From positions 1 to 62,926 of IMG/VR virus record IMGVR_UViG_3300025598_002100: 62,926 nt of DNA; one strand, written 5' to 3'. The notes under the pieces were generated by a model, which did no database searches, was not told the DNA's origin, and saw nothing but the letters and a program-made list of their open reading frames with translations. The position numbers and the translations under genes are program-made. Positions 48,255 through 58,595 of this stretch are shown here, piece by piece; the stretch's first letter is position 1; each line of letters opens with the position of its first letter. Source of the DNA: a virus. Lineage: Duplodnaviria > Caudoviricetes.

Positions 48255-50282
48255 ATGTTTAAAAAGATTCTATTGAGCCCGTGGACTGCATTAATTACAC
48301 TATTTTTAGTATTAGCAGTTAGAGTAGTAGATCCGAGTTTTGTTGAAAGTGTTCGTTTACGTTATTTTGATACATTAATTACACATAAAACTCCTACAAA
48401 AAATAATATTGTAACTGTAAACATTGATGAAACCACATTGGATCAACTAGGTCAATGGCCCTTACCTCGTAATGAATATTCTAAACTTATAGAGGAATTG
48501 TATGCTAGACATGCCGGGTTGGTTATACTAGATATCATGATGTCTGAGCAAGATCGCATGGGTGGTGATTCTGCACTTACTGACACTTTAAAAAAATATC
48601 CAGTTGTGTTAGTTAATGTTCCTGCACAAAAAACTAAAAATGAACCTCGTGTACCAGGTAGTGTAGTAATGGGCTCAGATTATTTAAATCGTATTGTGCA
48701 ATATCCAGGATTGATTGCTAATATACCTGCACTAGAAGAAAATGCAGTAGGCATAGGTAGCATTAATACTATGCCAGAAATCGACGGTGTTAATCGTCGC
48801 GTACCATTAATTGCTGCAGTTGATGGAAAACTATACCCGTCATTAGCCATGGAAGCACTACGTGTTGCAGGTAATGATACTACATTTCAAGTTAAGCTTA
48901 ACGAAAATGGTGTAGAGAAAATGCGTATACCTGCATTCGGACCTATCGCAACAGATAGCCTAGGACGTATTTGGGTTGATTGGAGTCAACAAAATCAACA
49001 GATTTCTGTAACAAATTTACCTAAAGATTTTAACGGTGCTGTAGTTATAGTAGGCCCTACTGCTGCAGGCATCGCTAATCCTGTTCCAACTGCAAAAGGA
49101 GCCGTGTATCCGCAAGACATGCAAGCGGCTGTCTTAGGCACGATGATAAACGGTGTAACAATACAGCGACCAGATTATGCAGACGGACTAGAAATTGTTG
49201 CTATTTTATTAGCAGGCGTTATACTATTAGTTCTAACAAGGTGGGTTTATGCGGGTCTGGTTTCAGTCATTACTCTTTTGGCTGCAGGAGTGTTTGGCAG
49301 TTATTATCTTTTTAGTCATTACCTTTGGCTTTTTGATGCTAGTGCTTTTGTTACTGCGATCATCCTTGTGTCACTCCATGCCTATGGAATTAAGTTCGTC
49401 AGTGAATATTTGCAGAAACAACAAATAAAGAAACAATTTGGAAGTTATCTTTCACCAGCGATGGTAGAAAAATTACAAAAAGATCCATCATTATTAAGAT
49501 TAGGGGGGGAGGAAAGAGAATTATCAATACTCTTCACCGATGTACGCGGATTTACAGGGATCAGCGAGCATTATGGTAAAGATGTACAAGGACTCACTAA
49601 AATTATGAATCGCTATATGACTGCGATGACTGCAAAAATTATAGAGAATGAAGGTACGCTCGATAAGTATATAGGTGACGCGCAAATGGCATTTTGGAAC
49701 GCACCATTAGATGATGCTACTCATGCTAAGAATGCTGTTAAAACTGCGCTAGCTATGTTAAAAGACTTAGAGGATTTTAATGCAGAAATTGCTAAAGAAG
49801 GTGTTCCGGCGTTTGGAATGGGGCTTGGTATTAATACTGATGTTGTGGTGGTTGGGAATATGGGCAGCAGTCAGCGTTTTGACTATACTTGTCTTGGTGA
49901 TGGTGTCAATCTTGCAAGCCGTTTGGAAGGACAAAGTAAGCCCTATGGTGTCAAAATTGTTCTCGGCCCGAAGACAGCAGAATATGTAATGGATGAATAT
50001 CCTTTAATTGAATTAGACCTAATTGCTGTTAAAGGTAAAAAAGATCCAGTTAAAATTTATACTCTAGCACCTATTGATGACGGCATGGCTTGGTTACTAC
50101 ATGAAAAATTTCTTGATGCTTATAGAGAAGGAATGTGGGTAGCTGCACGCTTCTATGCTGAAGAATTGCGCGATAAAGGGTGGGGTGGAGAAATGAATAA
50201 GTATTATGAAATGATGCTAGAACGCATGCAAGAAGAAGTTCCGTTAGACTGGGACGGTGTATTTAGAGCTACTAGTAAGTAA
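48255..50282 (+). CDS. CHASE2-domain class III adenylate/guanylate cyclase
   Basis: IDE...GQWPLPR CHASE2 region, three TMs, LFTDVRGFT, DKYIGDA, GNMGS..RFDYTCLGDGVNLASRLE, VKGK. Lys in DKY and Asp in FDY are of adenylate type. Confidence 0.92.
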   Translation: MFKKILLSPWTALITLFLVLAVRVVDPSFVESVRLRYFDTLITHKTPTKNNIVTVNIDETTLDQLGQWPLPRNEYSKLIEELYARHAGLVILDIMMSEQDRMGGDSALTDTLKKYPVVLVNVPAQKTKNEPRVPGSVVMGSDYLNRIVQYPGLIANIPALEENAVGIGSINTMPEIDGVNRRVPLIAAVDGKLYPSLAMEALRVAGNDTTFQVKLNENGVEKMRIPAFGPIATDSLGRIWVDWSQQNQQISVTNLPKDFNGAVVIVGPTAAGIANPVPTAKGAVYPQDMQAAVLGTMINGVTIQRPDYADGLEIVAILLAGVILLVLTRWVYAGLVSVITLLAAGVFGSYYLFSHYLWLFDASAFVTAIILVSLHAYGIKFVSEYLQKQQIKKQFGSYLSPAMVEKLQKDPSLLRLGGEERELSILFTDVRGFTGISEHYGKDVQGLTKIMNRYMTAMTAKIIENEGTLDKYIGDAQMAFWNAPLDDATHAKNAVKTALAMLKDLEDFNAEIAKEGVPAFGMGLGINTDVVVVGNMGSSQRFDYTCLGDGVNLASRLEGQSKPYGVKIVLGPKTAEYVMDEYPLIELDLIAVKGKKDPVKIYTLAPIDDGMAWLLHEKFLDAYREGMWVAARFYAEELRDKGWGGEMNKYYEMMLERMQEEVPLDWDGVFRATSK

Positions 50283-50284
50283 AA

Positions 50285-50608
50285 TTACCACGGCAACGGA
50301 GGTGTTGTTATTGGATTAATTAATTTTGATAATTTATCCCCAACCGCTCCTTCTACTAATTCTTTAACAGGGCCATAATTCCATACCCACCCTAATACGA
50401 TATCTTGAGTTAGATCGCTATAAGGAACATAAGTGCTCGGATCATACGGAACATTACAGCTAGCACTATCACTAGCAGTAACGGTATTACCGTTAACGTC
50501 AGTATCAGTTGCAATACAACTCCAATAAACTGTATATACAATGTTTGGTCTATCACCTACTAAAGGAACAGCATCCATGCGATCTATTGTCCAGTTAATT
50601 GTTGCCAT
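50285..50608 (-). CDS. Hypothetical phage (tail-associated-type) protein
   Basis: YSDLTQDIVLGWV...PLPW pattern common in small phage proteins. Confidence 0.6.
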   Translation of the reverse strand: MATINWTIDRMDAVPLVGDRPNIVYTVYWSCIATDTDVNGNTVTASDSASCNVPYDPSTYVPYSDLTQDIVLGWVWNYGPVKELVEGAVGDKLSKLINPITTPPLPW

Positions 50609-50612
50609 AATA

Positions 50613-50936
50613 TTAAGATTCTCCAGCTGATGCAGTATTATCGTCTTCAGTTTTTTTGATTTTATTTATTTGCTGTTCTGCTTCAACACGTTCTCGTTCA
50701 ATTGTTTTACCGCGTAAATGTAACACTGTAGTTACTTTTTGATTTAATCTAATCAAATCATTATCAAGCATACGTATTCGATCTATAAGAGCAATAAGCA
50801 CGGTGTTGGATTCTCCCAACACCGGCTTAATTTCTTTTGTTGCCCACTCCCAAACATAGTAAATCAAGTAACCCATTCCGCCTGCAGCCACTACAGGAAA
50901 CCCATATTTGTTAATTAAATCTGCTACGTCGCTCAT
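50613..50936 (-). CDS. Small membrane/coiled-coil protein (paralog of 52256..52537)
   Basis: GFPVVAAGGMGY TM followed by a coiled coil. Confidence 0.65.
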   Translation of the reverse strand: MSDVADLINKYGFPVVAAGGMGYLIYYVWEWATKEIKPVLGESNTVLIALIDRIRMLDNDLIRLNQKVTTVLHLRGKTIERERVEAEQQINKIKKTEDDNTASAGES

Positions 50937-51127
50937 TAAGCGTAAGTGTTAACAGCAGAGTGATTTACAGCTTCGTGTACTACTCGACCTTCTTCATCGA
51001 AAATTTTAACAGAATGATTACTGCTACCTTGTACAAATCTAATAGCATCGTCAAAGCTTTCAAAAATAAATTCTCTAGCACGTAATATTCCGCCAACCCA
51101 ATTGTGTGTTTTAACTTTGTGTTTCAT
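50936..51127 (-). CDS. Hypothetical protein
   Basis: GGAG RBS; coupled ORF. Confidence 0.6.
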   Translation of the reverse strand: MKHKVKTHNWVGGILRAREFIFESFDDAIRFVQGSSNHSVKIFDEEGRVVHEAVNHSAVNTYA

Positions 51128-52187
51128 TATTAGCTCCGGTAAAATAATTAAACCAAATTTTTCTGGTTTTATTTGTATACTTATCTAAATTTGTTTGATT
51201 TCTCCAGACATTAAGTTTTGGATAATGATAAGCTCGTAACATCATATCAGCAATATTGTCGCTATTGGTTGGATCCGCATTAAAAAACTTTGTTGCCCAA
51301 GGTATTTCTTTAGATCCAACAATTGGCACTCCTTGACTAATCAAGTCAGCACTAACAATATTAAATGTTTCACTAAAATTGCATTGTAACCCGATATCCA
51401 TTCCTGCACAAATTTTAAGGAATTCTTCTCTAGGAGTCCATTCGTGTACTACCATTTGATGACCGTGTTCTTCGATATGCTGAAATAAGGCCTTTAGATT
51501 GTTCATTACAGGATCGCCCTTCATTTCTATGCGGCCGCCGTTAATATGAAATCTTAATTGTTTTCCAACATTATTAGCAAATTTCAAAGAAGCAAACGCC
51601 TGCAATAAATGATTCTTTAATGGTCTAACCGCACCAAAACATGCAACATCGACCCAATATTTACTTGTATCAAATGACTTTATTTTATAGTCTTTTGGGT
51701 AATAATTAGGCATATAAAATACTCTACGTGCAGTTTCTTCTTTTGACCACTGTTGTTTGATACGTAAGTATGTCTGTACTTCATCTAACATTCTAGGAGC
51801 ATTTACTCCGATATCGATGTTAGGATGAGTTACATAATCACCTATCCAATCCATAGCCATACCTTCACCGGCCATAAATGGCATTTCACTATGTAAACGA
51901 ATAATCCAACGCACTTTAGGATGTAATTTAGTAAGTATAGCAAATTTACTAGGCACTACCCATAGTGCTTCAATAATAACGTGAGTAGGACGGTGTTTAG
52001 TAACTAACCTGTCAATACAATTGTTATCAATTGCGATTTCGAGTTCAGCATTAATTCCATCTTCTATTAACATATCTTTCATAAAAGTAGCGGAATTGTA
52101 CAGCCCTGTACTAAGACCTCTCGGGCTGTGGGCGACAGCATTATAATCCTCTCGTCTCTTGAGAATGAATAAAATTTTTGTAGACAT
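51111..52187 (-). CDS. GT-B-like glycosyltransferase
   Basis: FGAVRPLKN, SETFNIVSAD, GVPIVGS. Confidence 0.65.
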   Translation of the reverse strand: MSTKILFILKRREDYNAVAHSPRGLSTGLYNSATFMKDMLIEDGINAELEIAIDNNCIDRLVTKHRPTHVIIEALWVVPSKFAILTKLHPKVRWIIRLHSEMPFMAGEGMAMDWIGDYVTHPNIDIGVNAPRMLDEVQTYLRIKQQWSKEETARRVFYMPNYYPKDYKIKSFDTSKYWVDVACFGAVRPLKNHLLQAFASLKFANNVGKQLRFHINGGRIEMKGDPVMNNLKALFQHIEEHGHQMVVHEWTPREEFLKICAGMDIGLQCNFSETFNIVSADLISQGVPIVGSKEIPWATKFFNADPTNSDNIADMMLRAYHYPKLNVWRNQTNLDKYTNKTRKIWFNYFTGANNETQS

Positions 52188-52255
52188 AGGAATCTCTCGG
52201 TGGTTACAACCAATATTTATATTTTAATATATTAACTTTTGATTACTTTGATCGG

Positions 52256-52537
52256 TTAATCTCTACGAGCATCGTTCTTTCCATCAGCTCTAGCTATGCG
52301 ATCGATATCCGGTTTCAACCCAAGTGCATTAGATACTAATGTATCAATTCTAATAACATCGTGATTCATAGTTTTAACACGATTATCTAAAGCGGTAATA
52401 ATACCCTTCATTCCATTAACACTACTAGTTACTCCAGCTAAGATAAATTTTAATGTTAAAAATACAAAATATCCTCCAGCACATGCCGCTGCAATTGGAA
52501 ATCCTAATTGTGCTACTAAATTAAAAAATTGATCCAT
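52256..52537 (-). CDS. Small membrane/coiled-coil protein (paralog of 50613..50936)
   Basis: GFPIAAACAGGYF TM followed by a coiled coil. Confidence 0.65.
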   Translation of the reverse strand: MDQFFNLVAQLGFPIAAACAGGYFVFLTLKFILAGVTSSVNGMKGIITALDNRVKTMNHDVIRIDTLVSNALGLKPDIDRIARADGKNDARRD

Positions 52538-52643
52538 TTTTATTCCTATATAATATATAATATTTAAAAAAAAAGTGATGCTTCAAAAGTAAGCATATAA
52601 TAATTTAAAATATATAAGTATAAAAAGTATTAGCGGAGATAAT

Positions 52644-53480
52644 ATGATTAACCTTGTATGGTTGTGTGATAAAGACAATTCTTGGGAAAGAGATTGGATA
52701 GAATTTTTATTCGAAAATATTCCACATGTAACTACTACTGATTACAATTGGGTGAAGAAATTAGATAATAGAATAGTGGTGTTTAATTGCACAGTAAAAA
52801 TTGAAGAATATTTAGAAAAATTCGGATATGATGTAGGCTTGATACATCTTAGTGATGAATATTATAATGATTCAAGAAGTTTTTATCCTAAGGTAAAATT
52901 TGTATTACGAAATTACTTTATAGAAGAAAATGACAAAGTAATGACCATCCCATTAGGCTGGAATTTAACGTATCCACATAATACAGTTGCAAAAACTGTA
53001 TATGAAAGGAAATATGTCTGGAGTTTTACAGGACATGTTGAAAAAACAACACGCCCTGCTATGGCACATTACATGAGTACTGTTCCTAATGGAGCAGGTT
53101 ACTTTAAAAAAGGTGGAGAGACATGGGGGCCGTTTTTAGGGCATGCGTTTGATCCTACTCAAATGGCTGATCTTTACAATAATAGTTTGTTTGCTCCTTC
53201 ACCGAGAGGAAATTTTAACCAAGATACTTTTAGAACAACTGAAGCTCTTCAAATGGGCGCTATTCCTATTGTAGAAAATGATCCTTATTGGGAAAATTTG
53301 TTCGGTATTAATCCTTTAATAAAAATTAATGATTGGGAAGAAGCACCACGATTGATCAATGATCTAATGAAAGATTTACCGAGATTAGAAGAATTGAGAT
53401 TAACGATATATAATTGGTGGCAGAATTATCTTAGAAATTTAAAAATTAAAATAGAGGCACTTATAAATGAAAATAATTGA
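52644..53480 (+). CDS. Exostosin-like (GT47) glycosyltransferase
   Basis: WSFTG, SLFAPSPRGN..DTFRTTEALQMGAIPIV. Confidence 0.7.
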   Translation: MINLVWLCDKDNSWERDWIEFLFENIPHVTTTDYNWVKKLDNRIVVFNCTVKIEEYLEKFGYDVGLIHLSDEYYNDSRSFYPKVKFVLRNYFIEENDKVMTIPLGWNLTYPHNTVAKTVYERKYVWSFTGHVEKTTRPAMAHYMSTVPNGAGYFKKGGETWGPFLGHAFDPTQMADLYNNSLFAPSPRGNFNQDTFRTTEALQMGAIPIVENDPYWENLFGINPLIKINDWEEAPRLINDLMKDLPRLEELRLTIYNWWQNYLRNLKIKIEALINENN

Positions 53481-54318
53481 TACAACTTTATTCTGGAACG
53501 AATTTGACATTCTTGAACTAAGATTAGCTCAACATTATGATTATGTAGATAAGATTGTTATTGTAGAATGCGATAGAACTTATAGTGGTTTATACAAAGG
53601 ATTTACTTTAGAAACACAATTAAATCGATATACAAAATGGTGGGATAAAGTACAACACATTAAGGTATCAAATTCTCCAACTTACAGCAATCCTTGGGAC
53701 AACGAACATTGGCAACGAGATCATATGATGATAGGATGGCAAGATGTAGGAAAAGATGATGTAATATTACTTAGTGATTTAGATGAAATCGTAAGACCAG
53801 AAGCTTTTGAATACATTAGAAATACTAATTATGATTTATATGGCCTCTTTATGCCAGCATTTTATTTTAAATTTAATTATGTAGATGCTAAACCTGATTG
53901 GCACTATAAAGTATGGGGTCGAGCATTTCGCGGCGGACCTTATATTGCAGGTCATAGAATGAGGTATACTAATGATATTCCTGGTAGATCGAGAATAGCG
54001 TTACATCATGCAGGATGGCATTTTGGATGGATGGGAGATGAAAATTTTGCCAAATATAAAGTTAAAAGTTTTAGTCACAATGAATATAATCAACCACATG
54101 TTATTGAAAATTTTAATATTGAAAAACACATTAGTGACGGGACAGATCATATTAGACCGCACAACGTTACCTGGCATACTGTTAATTTAGATGAATATTT
54201 TCCTAAAATTATTTTAGATAACAAAGAAAAATATGCTAATTTAATTCTACCAGATTCTGGGAAAACAGTACAAGATTATTGGCCGGGTGGAATTATCGAA
54301 CCTACTGAATGGAAGTAG
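53467..54318 (+). CDS. GT17 (MGAT3-like) glycosyltransferase
   Basis: FWNEFDILELRL, VIVE, EHWQR, LSDLDEI, GWHF, KVKSFSH. Confidence 0.8.
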   Translation: MKIIDTTLFWNEFDILELRLAQHYDYVDKIVIVECDRTYSGLYKGFTLETQLNRYTKWWDKVQHIKVSNSPTYSNPWDNEHWQRDHMMIGWQDVGKDDVILLSDLDEIVRPEAFEYIRNTNYDLYGLFMPAFYFKFNYVDAKPDWHYKVWGRAFRGGPYIAGHRMRYTNDIPGRSRIALHHAGWHFGWMGDENFAKYKVKSFSHNEYNQPHVIENFNIEKHISDGTDHIRPHNVTWHTVNLDEYFPKIILDNKEKYANLILPDSGKTVQDYWPGGIIEPTEWK

Positions 54319-54321
54319 GTT

Positions 54322-55032
54322 CTATTTAGAAGTTGTTCTATCTAAGACAGACTTCCAATCAACTAAATTAGCAATTACCCAACTATCTAAATGAGTGGCG
54401 TAACCAGGAATAGGAGTAATTAAACTCCTTTTATTACTAAGCTCTGTAAATAGTTGAGTATCGTGCGTCCAATTATCGGTACCACCGCACCATTTATAGA
54501 AAATATCAATATCTTCTTTTAGAAAAGAAGCTTTGCTTGCAAATGTCATAGTAGTAGAACCAGTTGTTCTCCAATGACAATCTTCGGTTATTAATATTTT
54601 AAAAAACTTTTCAGAATTTTTATTCCAATACTTATCTGGATGATCATATAAGCTAACATAAGGTGATCTTTCTAAACCTTGTTCTAAAATAATATCAGAA
54701 CCTTCGTGATGGATATAATCATCTTCTACAAAATAAACATTAGTATCTGAAGGTAAAGTTATTGCCTGAGATAATCCGTGTAAAAATGATCCTGCATTAT
54801 TACCAAAGTTAGTTTTTTCTATTTCTAAAAAATTATATATTTTTTTTAATTTATTAAAAGTATCATCGTCAACACTATCTGCAATTATATGTATATCGTG
54901 ACTTTTAAATACATTGACAAAGTTTTCTAAACATTTCCATTTATCAAACCAAATCGGTCTCTGAGGTGGAGATCGAGGATTACCTGTATTATCAGGCATT
55001 AAGTTAAAACTAAATCTATAATAAATTTTCAT
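54322..55032 (-). CDS. GT-A-fold glycosyltransferase-like protein
   Basis: YFVEDDYIH, YDHPDKY, STTMTF. Confidence 0.6.
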   Translation of the reverse strand: MKIYYRFSFNLMPDNTGNPRSPPQRPIWFDKWKCLENFVNVFKSHDIHIIADSVDDDTFNKLKKIYNFLEIEKTNFGNNAGSFLHGLSQAITLPSDTNVYFVEDDYIHHEGSDIILEQGLERSPYVSLYDHPDKYWNKNSEKFFKILITEDCHWRTTGSTTMTFASKASFLKEDIDIFYKWCGGTDNWTHDTQLFTELSNKRSLITPIPGYATHLDSWVIANLVDWKSVLDRTTSK

Positions 55033-55041
55033 ACAATTATT

Positions 55042-55737
55042 TTACCGAGAAACGTTATTTCTGATGAGAACTAACCAAGCATCATTATCCCATTCTGGCG
55101 AATATCTTGCTTCATGATTAGTTACTACCCATGAAACATGATGAAAATATTTAGAATATTGTTCTACTATAGGTTCATATTGATTTAATCCTGTAACACC
55201 GTGTATATTAGCAACTCGATTAATTTCTTCATTTTCAATCGATGAACGAAAAATATCTTCGATTACGAGTATTCCGCCAGGCTTAAGATGATCAACTGCT
55301 GCATTTATAACAGGAAATTGGTCTTCAGGCCTATGACTAGCATCGTCTACTAAAATATCAAATTTATCAGCACAAATTGATAATCCATAATCAATTGATT
55401 GAGGAACCCTACAATCCATAAAATTGTAATGAGTATTATATAAATTATCTGCTTGCGCTCTTGCAATTTTATCAGTCATGTAATCATATCCATATAATGT
55501 GGCATTAGGAAAATATGATCTCCAACACTTCATCGAAGCATTGCCTTCTATTCCAATTTCTCCAAAATTGATATTACCATATCGATAAGTAGAAAACAAA
55601 AAATCATAAACCGCTGTATAAGGATGGCGATGCCACCCAGTATTAAATGGTGATTTATCAGTTTGATATTTTTCACCTAACGTACATAAATCTGTTTTGG
55701 ATTTAGAAGTGTCTATATATATTTTATTAATAATCAT
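55042..55737 (-). CDS. Class I SAM-dependent methyltransferase
   Basis: TDK...H.Y, EIGI, FDILVDDASH, LKPGGILVIED. Confidence 0.8.
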   Translation of the reverse strand: MIINKIYIDTSKSKTDLCTLGEKYQTDKSPFNTGWHRHPYTAVYDFLFSTYRYGNINFGEIGIEGNASMKCWRSYFPNATLYGYDYMTDKIARAQADNLYNTHYNFMDCRVPQSIDYGLSICADKFDILVDDASHRPEDQFPVINAAVDHLKPGGILVIEDIFRSSIENEEINRVANIHGVTGLNQYEPIVEQYSKYFHHVSWVVTNHEARYSPEWDNDAWLVLIRNNVSR

Positions 55738-55747
55738 TTAAAATTCC

Positions 55748-56470
55748 TTATGTTGGTATATGTCGATGCCATCCGATATGCTGTACTCGTCCTTCGGGTT
55801 CTAAACTAGCACACCACATTCCTAATCTTTGATAATTTTCTGCATGTGTTCTTTCAACTAAGCACCCGTCTTTTTTATTAAAAAATGGACCATATTTAAC
55901 TGCAATAGGAGTAGTTAGCCCTCCGACTTTTTGATAATCAGATAATCTTCGTAATCCCGGATTAAAAGTAAATCCAAATCCGCCATCGTGTTGTATCCAA
56001 GGACGAATTTTCCAATATTTTAGAGATCCTTCGGCATCTGATAAAACGTATTCAGTTTCTTCAACCCAACTTCTATTGTAATCGACCTGCCATTGATCTC
56101 TATGACTACGTAGATGAACCATTAAACATTCAGGATATGCTTCGAGTAATCTTCGACTATCTTCTATAAAATTCGATTTAGTAAAAACCCAATCATCTTC
56201 GCAATGAAAGATATACGGAGTTTTTACATAATTATACGCCCATTCGATGTTTAATAATTGCCCTCTACGGGTAACTGGACTATTCAGTAAGGTTATTTTT
56301 TTTACACTAGGTATTAGGTCTTTTACAAAGTCATTTTTAATCTCAGTATCTTCGACTATAATTAATTCATCTAGCGTATTAGGTGCAAATCGTTCAAAAG
56401 ATTTAATAGTTTCTTCTAATAAATCTTGCCGACCACAGCTAGTAATAACCATAGTAATTCCTAATGTCAT
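55748..56470 (-). CDS. GT2-like glycosyltransferase
   Basis: ITSCGR, FHCEDDW, FTFNPGLRR, HIG. Confidence 0.7.
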   Translation of the reverse strand: MTLGITMVITSCGRQDLLEETIKSFERFAPNTLDELIIVEDTEIKNDFVKDLIPSVKKITLLNSPVTRRGQLLNIEWAYNYVKTPYIFHCEDDWVFTKSNFIEDSRRLLEAYPECLMVHLRSHRDQWQVDYNRSWVEETEYVLSDAEGSLKYWKIRPWIQHDGGFGFTFNPGLRRLSDYQKVGGLTTPIAVKYGPFFNKKDGCLVERTHAENYQRLGMWCASLEPEGRVQHIGWHRHIPT

Positions 56471-56483
56471 ATAGAATATTTCC

Positions 56484-57128
56484 TTAATCTACCCAAACAG
56501 CTAAAATCATACTATGACGATCACCTGTTAATTCTCTAAAATCAAATAGTTGATGTCTATAATGTTTAATAGGATCTATCAAATTCTTTTGAATAGACCA
56601 ACCCGGAGTAGCATGTAATGGCCAATCTGATATATCTTCAATGATTAACATACCGCCGGGTTTAATTTTAGGAAGATATAATTCATAAAATTTTTCCCAT
56701 TGTCCAACTTCATGCCAACCATCGTCGATTACAATATCTAAATCAGGCAAGCTATTTACAAATTCAGAAGAATATCCATCAACTCCTGCATATAAATTAA
56801 TACGAGGCCGTTCTGCTACTTCAGGAATAAACACCTGAGGGTACCAAATAAAATTAGGTACTCCCTCCATTGCAGCTTTTCCTTCAGGAGTATGATCTCT
56901 TAATTCTACTCCTATGATGTTAGCTTTTGTAAACCAATCATCCCAACACAACAATGCTCCGCCCCACGCAGATCCTACTTCTAATAAGTTAATTTCTCGA
57001 TCTCGATATGGTGCCATATAAGTTTCATAAAAATTACTAAAATACTTGTGTGTAGATTCTTTATCAGTTGCAGTGTCTGGATACTTTAATCTTTGTTTTT
57101 CTGATAATTCGGCTAGAGTAATGGACAT
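56484..57128 (-). CDS. Class I SAM-dependent methyltransferase
   Basis: TDK..H.Y, LLEVG, DIVIDDGWH, KPGGMLIIED. Confidence 0.8.
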   Translation of the reverse strand: MSITLAELSEKQRLKYPDTATDKESTHKYFSNFYETYMAPYRDREINLLEVGSAWGGALLCWDDWFTKANIIGVELRDHTPEGKAAMEGVPNFIWYPQVFIPEVAERPRINLYAGVDGYSSEFVNSLPDLDIVIDDGWHEVGQWEKFYELYLPKIKPGGMLIIEDISDWPLHATPGWSIQKNLIDPIKHYRHQLFDFRELTGDRHSMILAVWVD

Positions 57129-57218
57129 AAAATCTCCTGTAGATTATAACCATGAATATTTATATTATATACTACTATAATATAAATAGATTTGGTATTA
57201 ATAATATAATTAAGAAAT

Positions 57219-58595
57219 ATGAATAAATTAATAATTTTTGATTTAGATGGTGTATTGATTGAAAGTAGAGAATTACATTATAATGCATTAAACGCTGCTT
57301 TAGAAAAAATCGGAAAACAATATGTAATTTCTAGAGAAGAACATTTAAGCACATATGATGGTTTAAACACCACTCGTAAATTAGAATTACTATATGAAAA
57401 TAAAGGATTAAGTAGACAGCTATTCGATCAAATATGGAAAGATAAACAACTTGCTACATTTGATCTTATTCGAGAATTTCCTAAAGATAAAAAATTAATT
57501 AAGATTTTTTCAACATTAAAAAGTCAAAATATTAAAATTGCTGTTGCTAGTAATAGTATCAGAGAAACGGTCAAATTAGCATTATTAAGTATAGGAATAT
57601 TACAATATGTGGATTATTTCATCAGCAATGAAGATGTTAAAAGAACGAAACCATTTCCGGAAATGTACTGGAAATGTATGATTGCATTAAATTGTTTACC
57701 CAAGAATACCGTAATTATCGAAGATAGTCATATAGGTAGACAAGGTGCTATAGACAGTGGAGCACATCTTATCCCAGTAAATGACAGTTTTGATCTAAAC
57801 GAAGATAAAATCAATGAAGCTATTGATATTTTAAAAGGCACTTTACATAAAAAAATTCCTTGGAGAAATAAAAAAATGAATGTGTTGATTCCTATGGCAG
57901 GAGCAGGTAGTAGGTTTTCTCAGGCAGGATATACTTTTCCAAAACCATTAATTGAAGTCGAAGGTAAACCTATGATTGAAGTAGTGGTTAATAATTTAAA
58001 TATAGAAGCTCATTATATTTTTATAGTACAAAAAGATCATTACGAGAAATATAATCTAAAATATTTGTTAAACTTAATCGCTCCTAACTGTGATATTATA
58101 CAAGTCGATGGCATAACAGAAGGAGCTGCTTGTACCACATTGTTAGCAAAAAAATTAATTAATAATAATGATCCATTAATAATTTCTAATAGCGATCAAT
58201 ATATCGAATGGAATAGTAACGAATGTTTATATGCATTTAGTGCGGATGAAATAGATGGCGGAATCTTAACATTTAAGTCTCATCATCCGAAATGGTCTTA
58301 TGCTCGTACCGGTAATGATGGATTTGTACTAGAAGTAGCAGAAAAAAAGCCTATTAGCGAACATGCGACCGTAGGGGTTTATTTCTGGAAACACGGGGAA
58401 GATTATGTCAAATATGCTGAACAGATGATTAATAATAATATAAGAGTTAATAATGAATTTTATGTTTGCCCTGTTTTCAATGAAGCAATAAAAGATAATA
58501 AAAAAATACGAATTAAAGAAATAGAAAAAATGTGGGGTATTGGTACTCCGGAAGATCTTAATTATTTCTTAGAAAATTACAAAGGAACATTATGA
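57219..58595 (+). CDS. HAD phosphatase fused to a sugar nucleotidyltransferase-like domain
   Basis: FDLDGVL, KPFP, IEDS; then IPMAGAGSRF...PKPLI, NSDQ, AEKK, GIGTPEDL. Confidence 0.85.
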   Translation: MNKLIIFDLDGVLIESRELHYNALNAALEKIGKQYVISREEHLSTYDGLNTTRKLELLYENKGLSRQLFDQIWKDKQLATFDLIREFPKDKKLIKIFSTLKSQNIKIAVASNSIRETVKLALLSIGILQYVDYFISNEDVKRTKPFPEMYWKCMIALNCLPKNTVIIEDSHIGRQGAIDSGAHLIPVNDSFDLNEDKINEAIDILKGTLHKKIPWRNKKMNVLIPMAGAGSRFSQAGYTFPKPLIEVEGKPMIEVVVNNLNIEAHYIFIVQKDHYEKYNLKYLLNLIAPNCDIIQVDGITEGAACTTLLAKKLINNNDPLIISNSDQYIEWNSNECLYAFSADEIDGGILTFKSHHPKWSYARTGNDGFVLEVAEKKPISEHATVGVYFWKHGEDYVKYAEQMINNNIRVNNEFYVCPVFNEAIKDNKKIRIKEIEKMWGIGTPEDLNYFLENYKGTL

